Origin: Acidobacteriota bacterium
Lineage (GTDB): Bacteria; Acidobacteriota; UBA890; WLXD01
Direction of reading: 5' to 3'
DNA length: 64,000 nt
NCBI GenBank assembly: GCA_965248695.1
Contig: CBDFKD010000002.1
Coordinates: 5,248,001 to 5,312,000 of the forward strand
In this document: in pieces, positions 38,043 through 46,361 of the stretch
Layout: each line of letters begins with the position of its first letter
Position numbering within the stretch: position 1 is the stretch's first letter
The notes under the pieces: model-generated
What the model saw: only the letters and a program-made list of their open reading frames with translations
Told to the model about the DNA's origin: nothing
The model's database searches: none
Position numbers and translations under genes: made by a program

Positions 38043-39163
38043 ACGTGCATCAGCGTACGGTAGCTACGAGCCGCGGTGTAACGGGTCTCGAAGCGGAGCC
38101 GGGCAGAGCGACGCATGGCGTCGAGTCGGCTCGGGTGCGCGATACACCAACGCACCTTGTCGGCGAGGTCGACGGCGTCGCCGGGGCGGAAATGTAGGCC
38201 TTCGACGCCGTCGTCGACGATATCCAGCAGTGCTCCATGGCCGCTCACAAGGGCCGGCAATCCCGATCCACCCGCCTCAGCCAGAGTCACCGGGAAACTC
38301 TCGGCTCCGAGCGAGGGCATCACCAGGAAGGCCGCTTCCTGCATGAGCTTCAGCACCTCCGCGCGGCTCTGCTCGCCCAGCGGCTCGATCCAGGGCATGC
38401 GACATGCAGCCTCCCGCACGAGCGGCTGCATGGGTCCCGCGCCAGCGATCTTGAGGGGAATCTCGGCTCCAAGAACGCCGTGGAGATAATCCCACGCATC
38501 GAGCAACGTGCTGATGCCCTTCTCCGGCGCGAGGCGGCCAACGTAGAGAGCGAACCCTCCATCTCCCGTGCCAGCCGTGGGCTGCGGGAATATGAAGTTG
38601 GGCTTCACCTGGATGCGGTCGGCGGGCAACCCCGCCTGGATCAGCTTGCGGCGATTCGTCTCGGTCAGAGCAACGTAGGCGTCGACCGCATCGGTCCAAG
38701 TACCGATCCCGCGATGGAACGCCGTCATGGCGCCAACCACAGCCGAGGCCGCGCGGCTGTGTCGATAGCAGCCATAGCGCACCGCCGGCCACGGAATCGC
38801 CCGCCCCAGGCAATCCTCGCAGAGCCGCCCGGCGCGAAAAAGAGCCCCCCCTGGACAAGCGATGCGAAAGTTGTGCAGCGTCTGGACCACCGCCGCCCCG
38901 GCGGCACGGGCGGCATAATAGCCGGAGGGTGAGATCAGCGGCAGCGTGTTGTGGAAGTGGGCAACGTCAACCCTTTCGGCACGCACCAGCCGGAGCAGCT
39001 CGCTGTAGGTCCGCCGGCTCCATATTGTCGTGCCGGCGATCGCCACACGGCCCCGGATTCCGAGCGCGGTGATCTCGTCGTTGTCCCGCGTGTAGCGGAT
39101 TACCCGGTGGCCCCGGGTCTCGAGCAGCTCGGCTTCAGCGGCAAAGACGCGATCCTCGCCGCC
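37865..39163 (-). pseudogene. GT4 glycosyltransferase lacking its own N-terminus and stop (3' part of a fusion ORF)
   Basis: GGEDRVF, HFHNTLPLISPS, QTLHNFR, VKPNF, YVGRLAPEKG, ESFPVTLAEA; reads through antisense into the ACP gene. Confidence 0.8.
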
Positions 39164-39694
39164 AAGCTCGGTGGCGTCTGAGTAGACGGTGATCGGCGGA
39201 GCGTCCAGGACAACGTAATCGAATTCACAGCGCAGCTGTTCGACCTGCTCGGCCAACAGCTGACGGTCCAGGAGCCGGTTTGGCGTGTCGGTCGCGGCTC
39301 CTGCAGTCATGAGGTGAAAGTCGGCAGCCGGCCGTACTGCTTCCAGTGGCTCGAGAGATCCCGCCAGCAGCTCGGCGAGACCCTGCTCTCGCGGAACGCC
39401 TGCGGCGTCATGCTGTTGGGGCAAGCGGAGGTTGGCATCGACCAGCAGCGCACCGCGAGAAGCACCGGCGTCAAGCTGGGCAGTAAGCTGGCGGGCCACG
39501 GTGCTGGTCCCTTCGCCGTGCAACGCGGCCGCGACCAGGATCACGCGGTGCTCTTGCGGCCATCTGGCAGGTGGCTTCGCACAACGGCTCTCGACTGCTG
39601 GCGGTGCGACCTCCGAAGGATCCGCTTCCGAGTAGAAGGCTGCAAGTGCTCCGTCGGTGACCGGGTATTGATTGCCGGCTCTGAGACCGTTCAT
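39164..39694 (-). pseudogene. CpsD/CapB BY-kinase N-terminal part (5' part of a fusion ORF)
   Basis: GEGTST (degenerate Walker A), LLVDANLR.P, FDYVVLDAPP...DA; the usual C-terminal ~60 aa are replaced in frame by GT4. Confidence 0.78.
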
Positions 39695-40830
39695 CCGTGC
39701 TTGCTCCCGCGTCGATCTGCGATAAACGCCAGGGTGCGGACTCCGAGGCGACGTTCAACTTCCTGTGGCGTTGACAGAGAATGGTCGAAGTGCTCGCGTC
39801 CGAACACCAGGCCGATGCCGCCGAAGGCACCGACGAAGAGGGCTACGATCATGTTTCGCCCCTTGTTGGGCGTCACCGGCTCGGCTGGGACGCGTGGCTC
39901 CCACGCCACGATCACGTTGACCATCTTCTCCTGGTCCATCGCCCTGGAGATGCTCGCCTCCTCGTGCTTACGGCTGTAGCGAAGGTACGCTTCCCGGGCC
40001 AACGTCAGCTCCCGGTACAACGTGCCTACCCGGAAGCTCTCGCGAGTGAGCAGCTCGAGCTCTTCGCGGATCCCCGCCAGCTGCGGGGCCAGAGCGGCGC
40101 GCCGACTGCGCGCGGCTGCCAGGTCGGCCTGGGCGCGACTGAGCTCCAGTCGCAGCGCCGAATGGACCGTGTTGGGCTCGGTTCCGCTGATGCCGCCCGC
40201 GAACTCGCCCAACCGTTCGCTGGCGAGGCCGAGCTGACGATCGACGTCCTGGACTTTGCGGTTTTCGGCCGAGTAATCCTGGATCAGCCGGTCCCGCTCC
40301 ACCAGCAGCGCAGCATGATGGCGCTGAATCTCTTCTGCCTCCGGAGCCAGGTTGCTCCGGTTGGCGCTCGCCAGACGCTCAGGCTCCGCCGCCAGCGAAG
40401 CCTCGAGCGCGGCTACCCGCCGCTGCAACTCGCCGACGCTAACCTCCGCTTGCTTGAGCTGCACGTCGAAGTCGCTAGCTTTGCGCAGCGTCATGTCCTT
40501 GTGGGCGGCCAACGGGTGGTCGTCGCCCTGCTGCTCGAGGACCGAGAGCTCCACCTGTGCCAGATACTCCTCCAGGTCCGCTTCGGCATTCTGCATACGC
40601 AGTTCGCTGGCCTGCGCCCGTTCCTGGAAGAAGTCAACTGTTCCAGTCAGCTGATAGACTTCGGTTCGCCGTTCCAGATACTCGTCCACCACGGTGCCCA
40701 GGAGCCGGCGCGCCCATTCGGGATTGGTGGATCGATAGCGCACCCGAATCACGTTCGAGCGCAGCACCGAGTTAATTCGGAGCTCTTCCTCCAGCTCGAT
40801 GAGCAACTCATCGGGCTCGAAAGGCCCGGA
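39691..40830 (-). pseudogene. Wzz/GumC polysaccharide co-polymerase, N-terminally truncated
   Basis: SNVIRVRYRSTNPEWA, long coiled coil, EPRVPAEPVTPNK + TM + EHFDHSLSTPQEVERRLGV; the N-terminal TM is missing and an in-frame TAG lies at 40831-40833. Confidence 0.8.
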
Positions 40831-42544
40831 CTACGTAGGCGCCGGCGCGATCCTCGAGGACACCGAGATGTTCGACGCCTCGTTCTTCGGTGTCCCGGCG
40901 CGGGAAGCGCGAATCACCGATCCGCAGCACCGCATGTTCTTGGAATGTTCATGGGAGGCCTTCGAGAGCGCCGGCTACGATCCCTCCCGAGTAGGGGAGT
41001 CGGCCGGGGTGTTCGCCGGCACTGGCCCGGCCAGCTACCTGCACGCCAATCTCATGGCGAACCCCACGGTGCTCCGCGAGACGAGCGCCCTCGAGCTCGA
41101 GTTGGGCAACGAGCGCGACTACCTGCCGATGCGCGTTTCCCACCGACTCGGCCTATGCGGTCCGAGCATGGCGGTGCAAACAGCCTGCTCTACCTCGCTG
41201 GTCGCCGTTCACGTGGCCTGCGAAAGCCTGCTGGCCGGAGAATGCGATGTGGCCCTCGCTGGCGGTGCGAGCCTGCGGCTGCCGCAGGGAGTCGGCTACC
41301 TTTACGAGGCGGGGAGTCTGTTCGCCGGCCAACGGCGCGTCCCGCTGTCGCCAGACGGGCACTGCCGCGCCTTCGATGCCGACGCCGGGGGCACGGTGCT
41401 GGGTAGCGGGGTCGGCGTGGTGCTGCTCAAGCGCCTTTCCGACGCGTTACGCGATCGGGACACGATTCATGCCGTCGTTCGAGGCTCGGCGGTGAACAAC
41501 GACGGGGCGTCGAAGGTCGGTTTCACCGCGCCGGGCCTGCGTGGGCAGGCCGCCGTAGTGGCCGAGGCGATCGAAGTCGCTGGCATCGATCCGGCGACCA
41601 TCGGTCATATCGAGACCAACGCCACCGGAACGATTCTTGGCGATGCGGTGGAGGTGCAGGCGCTACGCGAGGCCTTTGCCACGAGCGCAATTGGCGCACC
41701 GGGCGGCGGTCTCGCCGGCGGGGCGGAACGCCGCTGTGCGATCGGGACTATCAAGACCAATCTCGGGCACACCGGGGCGGCGGCGGGAATCGCTGGGCTG
41801 ATCAAGAGCGTTCTGGCACTGCAGCATCGCAAGCTGCCGCCGACGCTTAATTTCCGTCGCCCGAACCCGCGCATTCCCTTCGAAGAGACACCGTTCCATG
41901 TAAATTCCGAGCTCGCTGAGTGGGGAGATCTCGGAGTGCCTCGGCGGGCCGGGGTCAGTTCGTTTGCCATCGGCGGCACCAACTGCCACGTGCTACTGGA
42001 GGAGGCTCCTGCCACTGCGCGGCAAGCGGCGCGCCGACCGGCCTCATCCTGTCGGGACGAACCGCCGCAACTGCTGCTGATGTCCGCTCGGAGCTCGGAC
42101 GAATTGACGGCCGTACGACGAGCCCTCGTCCGCTGGCTACAGGCCCGACCGGACACCCCCCTGGAGGACGTGGCCCATACCCTGCGTCTCGGCCGACGCG
42201 CGTTCGAGCATCGATGCGCGGTGATCTGTGGAGATTGCTGCGAGGCGACCGCTGCGCTCGCCGGTCATCCACCTTCCGGCGTGCACATCATCGAGGCGCG
42301 CTCTGACCGACCGGACGACGCACCGCGCGCCGCGGGGCCACTGCAGGACGGCTCGCTCGGCGCACTGGCCGAATCCTGGGTGAGCGGGTGCGAGGTCGAT
42401 TCCAGCGAGTTGGATGAGCGGCCCGGGCGCCGGGTGACGCTGCCCACCTACCCGTTCCGTCGTCAGCGCCACTGGGTCGATGCAGCAGAACTAGTGGCTC
42501 CGTTGGAAGACGTACGCCAGGCAGCTGGGGCTACTCGCCGATGA
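40799..42544 (+). CDS. Stand-alone AT-less type I PKS ketosynthase (hybrid type, KS0-like), N-terminally truncated
   Basis: FDASFF, DPQHR, GNERDY, VQTACSTSL, ETNATGT (His to Asn), KTNLGH, SSFAIGGTNCHV, LPTYPF; lacks the IAIIG..R.PG start. Confidence 0.85.
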   Translation: MSNSSGSKGPDYVGAGAILEDTEMFDASFFGVPAREARITDPQHRMFLECSWEAFESAGYDPSRVGESAGVFAGTGPASYLHANLMANPTVLRETSALELELGNERDYLPMRVSHRLGLCGPSMAVQTACSTSLVAVHVACESLLAGECDVALAGGASLRLPQGVGYLYEAGSLFAGQRRVPLSPDGHCRAFDADAGGTVLGSGVGVVLLKRLSDALRDRDTIHAVVRGSAVNNDGASKVGFTAPGLRGQAAVVAEAIEVAGIDPATIGHIETNATGTILGDAVEVQALREAFATSAIGAPGGGLAGGAERRCAIGTIKTNLGHTGAAAGIAGLIKSVLALQHRKLPPTLNFRRPNPRIPFEETPFHVNSELAEWGDLGVPRRAGVSSFAIGGTNCHVLLEEAPATARQAARRPASSCRDEPPQLLLMSARSSDELTAVRRALVRWLQARPDTPLEDVAHTLRLGRRAFEHRCAVICGDCCEATAALAGHPPSGVHIIEARSDRPDDAPRAAGPLQDGSLGALAESWVSGCEVDSSELDERPGRRVTLPTYPFRRQRHWVDAAELVAPLEDVRQAAGATRR

Positions 42545-43446
42545 CCGTAACGACGAGCGAGACCGTCAGCCCGCCGCAGGAAGCCGCGGCGTCGCGGCAC
42601 AGGCCGTCCGCTTACCGCCACGCACCGTCGATCCCTGACGCCCACGGCGCACTGCACATTGACCAGGCCTGGCACCCCGGACCTCCCCACCGTCTGGAAC
42701 CGGATGAGATCCACGTATGGTGGATCTCGCTACGCTGCTCGCAGCGTCGAGTCACCGAAGCCGCGCGTCTACTGGAAGCAGGTGAGCGACAGCGCGCGGG
42801 GCGGTTCCGATTTCCGAAGGATCAAGACCGTTTCGTATTGGCCCGAGCGTTCCTGCGGCGCGTGCTCGCGGAGTACGAGCAGCGCCCGCCGGTGCGGCTC
42901 GAGTTCGCGACTACTCAGCGCGGCAAGCCCAACCTGGCGGGACCGGCCCAACATCATCTCGGCTTCAACCTCTCGCACACTGCTGGCCTGGCTGTCTGTG
43001 CCGTATCGCGGGGGCGTCCGCTGGGTATCGACGTGGAACGGCTGCGCCCGGAGATCGATACCGAACTCGTCGGCGAAGTTGCCCTAACCCAGTCCGAGCG
43101 CCAAAGACTCCGGGTCCTACCCCGAGCCCAACGAAAGTCAGCGTTCTTTCGCCTCTGGGTCCGCAAGGAGGCTCTCGTCAAGGCCATCGGCCTGGGGTTA
43201 TCGATTCCGCCAGCGTCGCTCGAGGTAGCGAATGCAGGCGAGCAACCGGGAGTGGCGGCTCCTTCGAGGACCGTGCGTGTACCGCAATGGGGTGACTGGC
43301 GATTGACCGATATCGCGCCTCCGGGCGCATTGCTGTCGCAGCGCAGTTGCTGTGCGCCGCGGTACGTGGCGGCACTGGCGACCTGGGACCCCGACACGCG
43401 TCTGACACACGGTATCGTCGAGGCCCGTGCCTTGGCGGCGACATGA
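42541..43446 (+). CDS. Sfp-type 4'-phosphopantetheinyl transferase
   Basis: GKP, FNLSHT, LGIDVE, FFRLWVRKEALVKAIGLG; ATGA coupling to the KS. Confidence 0.92.
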   Translation: MTVTTSETVSPPQEAAASRHRPSAYRHAPSIPDAHGALHIDQAWHPGPPHRLEPDEIHVWWISLRCSQRRVTEAARLLEAGERQRAGRFRFPKDQDRFVLARAFLRRVLAEYEQRPPVRLEFATTQRGKPNLAGPAQHHLGFNLSHTAGLAVCAVSRGRPLGIDVERLRPEIDTELVGEVALTQSERQRLRVLPRAQRKSAFFRLWVRKEALVKAIGLGLSIPPASLEVANAGEQPGVAAPSRTVRVPQWGDWRLTDIAPPGALLSQRSCCAPRYVAALATWDPDTRLTHGIVEARALAAT

Positions 43447-43537
43447 TCGACGGGGAGCACCTCACGCGACCTGCCACATCCGCGAGAGAACGATCGCGTC
43501 TCTGGATTGAGCTCCCGGAGCTCCGACCACATACGAA

Positions 43538-43584
43538 CAAAGAGCCGGCGCGCGGATTTGAACCGCGGACCTGCTGATTACGAA
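43538..43584 (-). repeat. att-like duplicate of the tRNA-Thr(CGT) 3' half (47 bp)
   Basis: Identical to 46066-46112 at 46/47 positions (T43559 vs C46087); starts in the anticodon loop. Confidence 0.92.
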
Positions 43585-44399
43585 GACGATTCGAGCCAAC
43601 CCTGATCGCTGCTCGATTGAAACGCTGCTGCCCCGGCCTCGTCGGCGATTGCCCGGCACACCGCCGGTAGAAGCTCGCCGAGAGGCGCCATGGTCGCCAG
43701 CGCCCGCCGCCAGTCCGCGCGGGCGCGTCGCAGAGAGGCCAGCTCGTGCACCCAGCCGGCATGGCCTCGGGATGTGGCCAGCGCGCCGGCCCATCGGGCC
43801 CAGCGCACACCACCGTCAACGCCAAGCAGCTCGTGGCACGGTCGGGGAAGTCGCAGGTCTGCATGATCGGAGACCACCCGCAAGGCGACGTGGGCCGCGT
43901 CCGCCGCAACCGCTGCGAGCGCCCAGCGCGCGCCCTCCATCTCCACCAGCGCGGCGCCGCTCGCACGCGCCAGCTCCCGACGTGCGGCGTCGTCGTGGAA
44001 CGGCCCCTCCACCGTGAGGGCCGTAGCGCGGGGCGCCTCGATCCCGTTGCGAGACAGCTCCGTGATGATCGCTCCGGCGAACGATCGCGAGCTTTTGGCA
44101 ACGTCGGCGTACGGCGGCTCCGGGTCGACCCAGCGATCGACGATGTGGAGGCTGCCGGCGGCGAGCGAGGGCTCGAGGGCGCCTGCGAAGCCGACGTTGA
44201 TCACCAACTTCGGACGCAGCTCCGCGAGGCAGCGCTGTACGGGTTCATCGCCACTCCGCCCCACGCCAGCTACCAGCAGCGACAGACCGCCGCCGAGGTC
44301 GGCCGGTGGGCCGCCGGCTGGCGGTGTTGCTGCAAGGCGGAGCGCATCCGCCTCGGCTTTGGCGGCGATCAGAAGCAGGGCGCCACAGCGCTCCGGCAC
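43578..44399 (-). CDS. Nucleoside phosphorylase-fold protein (MTA/SAH nucleosidase / HpnG-like)
   Basis: LLLIAAKAEA, AGVG, VINVGFAGAL, LVEMEG, LRVVSDHAD. Start uncertain (GTG 44399 or 44453). Confidence 0.75.
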   Translation of the reverse strand: MPERCGALLLIAAKAEADALRLAATPPAGGPPADLGGGLSLLVAGVGRSGDEPVQRCLAELRPKLVINVGFAGALEPSLAAGSLHIVDRWVDPEPPYADVAKSSRSFAGAIITELSRNGIEAPRATALTVEGPFHDDAARRELARASGAALVEMEGARWALAAVAADAAHVALRVVSDHADLRLPRPCHELLGVDGGVRWARWAGALATSRGHAGWVHELASLRRARADWRRALATMAPLGELLPAVCRAIADEAGAAAFQSSSDQGWLESSS

Positions 44400-44693
44400 G
44401 CGTCGCTCGGCGCGGTCAGGGGCCTCTAGCGAGACAGCTGCTCGTTGATCCACAACACCAGCCCGATAGGCGACGGGTCCCGGGATGAGACCGTTCGCTC
44501 CCCTGAATGATACGCACCGGACAGTGTTGACAGCGCCATCGGAGGCCCGCGATGCGTACGAAGCCAATCCCTCGAGCCCAGGTCCTTACGGCGTCCGAGG
44601 CCTTGTCCGGCTAGCTGCGGGCGTCGCGCGACCCCAGAGGGGAGGCTCGGTATAGTCGTAGCGGCTTCCAACTCGCTCCGGAGAGGTGTTCGC

Positions 44694-46025
44694 ATGCGAC
44701 GACGGTTCCTGGTTCTTTTCGCAGCCTTCGTTTTCCTCGCGTCGGTGAACGCAACCGCATCCTCCCAGGGCGTGGCGCAATGGATGCCGGACAAGCGCGG
44801 TAGCGACAACATCGAGGTGCTTGCGCACCTTCCGCTGGGGCCGGCGCGCAACGTCTCGGACATCGAGATCGAGCAGGACCCGGACCGGCCGTTCGCCTAC
44901 GTCGGACGGATGGTCTACGGAAGTTGGGGGGAGAGGGGGACCGACATCATCGACCTGTCCAATCCCGCCGACCCGAAGATCATTCACGAGTGGCGCATCG
45001 AGGATCAGGACGTGCACCTGGGCCTCGGCGGCATGGACGTGAAGTACTTCAAGTGGGCCGGGCGCTACTATCTTGTGCAGTCGCTGCAGTTCGGCCAGGG
45101 CGGCCCGAACTCGGATCTGGGCGCCGTTGTGCTCGACGTGACCGACCTGCCAGACAGTTATACGGAGGTGGCGCGGATCCATGCCCCCGAGAGCCCCGGG
45201 GGCTTCCACAACATCTTCATGTACAAGCACTCCAACGGCCGGCCGCTCCTGTTCACGACCGTGGGCGGTCCGTTCGCCCACGTCTACGACATGGCCCATG
45301 TAGTCGAGGGTGCGGTGGACGCGGTGCTAGTAGCCAAGGTGCCGCTGGGTGATTTCGACCCGGATGAGCAAGGCAGTTACCACGACATGTACGCTGGCTG
45401 GCACGAGGACACGGGGACCGATCGCTTCTACGGCGGCGGAACGGGCGGCTACTACGTGTTCGACGTGACGGACCTCGAGAACCCGTCGATGATCGTCTCG
45501 CTGACCGGCATCTCCGGCGTGGATTGGGGCCACACGTTCACGCCCTCGCCCGACGGGCGCTACGTGATCGCCGAGGCGGAGTACCAGTACGCCCCGCTGC
45601 GCATCTTCGACTTGCAGCCGGCACTCGACGGCGAGCAGAAGAACATCCGCACTCCCATCAGCGCCTGGACCGCGGACTGGCGCAATCTGGTCCACAACCA
45701 CGAGGTGCGCTGGCCGTACGTCTTCGTGTCGGGTTACCTCGACGGCCTGCAGATATTCACCATGCAGGACCCGCTCAACCCCGCCACCATCGGTTACTAC
45801 GACACCTTCCTCGGTGGCCCCGCCAAGGAACGCTGCACGATGTGCGACGGTCTGTTCGGCGTCGACGTGCGCAACAGCGACGGGCTCATCGTCGCCTCCG
45901 ACATGACCACCGGCTTCTGGGTCTTCCGGATGGAAGGCTTCAACGGCTGGTCTGGCACCCAGTGGGGCCTACCCGACCGTTCCAGCGTCCAGGACTGGGA
46001 AGCGACTCCGAGCCAACAGGACTGA
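44694..46025 (+). CDS. Secreted LVIVD-repeat beta-propeller protein
   Basis: Signal peptide; repeated IIDLSNPADP / VLDVTD / VFDVTDLENP / IFTMQDPLNP units; GFHN, YHD, WGHT and VHNH His motifs. Confidence 0.8.
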   Translation: MRRRFLVLFAAFVFLASVNATASSQGVAQWMPDKRGSDNIEVLAHLPLGPARNVSDIEIEQDPDRPFAYVGRMVYGSWGERGTDIIDLSNPADPKIIHEWRIEDQDVHLGLGGMDVKYFKWAGRYYLVQSLQFGQGGPNSDLGAVVLDVTDLPDSYTEVARIHAPESPGGFHNIFMYKHSNGRPLLFTTVGGPFAHVYDMAHVVEGAVDAVLVAKVPLGDFDPDEQGSYHDMYAGWHEDTGTDRFYGGGTGGYYVFDVTDLENPSMIVSLTGISGVDWGHTFTPSPDGRYVIAEAEYQYAPLRIFDLQPALDGEQKNIRTPISAWTADWRNLVHNHEVRWPYVFVSGYLDGLQIFTMQDPLNPATIGYYDTFLGGPAKERCTMCDGLFGVDVRNSDGLIVASDMTTGFWVFRMEGFNGWSGTQWGLPDRSSVQDWEATPSQQD

Positions 46026-46070
46026 GGCTATTCCAACCTCGAGGCGAGCAGTAAGTGATTGACTCCAAAG

Positions 46071-46142
46071 AGCCGGCGCGCGGATTCGAACCGCGGACCT
46101 GCTGATTACGAATCAGCTGCTCTGCCACTGAGCTACGCCGGC
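46071..46142 (-). tRNA. tRNA-Thr(CGT), CCA not encoded
   Basis: GCCGGCG acceptor stem, GCTC/GAGC D arm, GCTGA-TTCGTAA-TCAGC anticodon arm, GGTTCGAATCC T arm. Confidence 0.97.
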
Positions 46143-46153
46143 CGTCGGAGCGG

Positions 46154-46182
46154 AGTGTACTGAGGCGGAAAAGGGGCCGCAA
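46154..46182 (-). promoter_or_regulatory. Sigma70-type promoter of tRNA-Thr
   Basis: TTGCGG-17 nt-TACACT on the minus strand, 11 nt upstream of the tRNA. Confidence 0.6.
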
Positions 46183-46361
46183 ATCGACCCTGGCGCTATG
46201 ATTGCCACGCCTCTGCGGCGCTTGGCGGTGCTCGTAGGCGGTGCCGGCGCACCGTGCTACACTCGCCGCCGGTGGGGCGAAAGCGGAGCGAGGGGGTCTC
46301 GGCTCGCGCATCGTCCGGGGCGCCCGCTTTCGGGTAAATCTGGGACTGGAGGTAGGTGCCC

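Larger units (their letters stand above)
43538..46112. mobile_element. Integrase-less ~2.5-kb genomic islet at tRNA-Thr
   Basis: Bounded by the 47-bp direct repeat; contains two divergent cargo genes and no recombinase. Confidence 0.7.

Noticed and set aside
39781-41406. 541-aa plus-strand ORF spanning the wzz/KS junction
   Set aside because: Antisense to wzz and out of frame with the KS; Arg/Gly-rich with no motifs.
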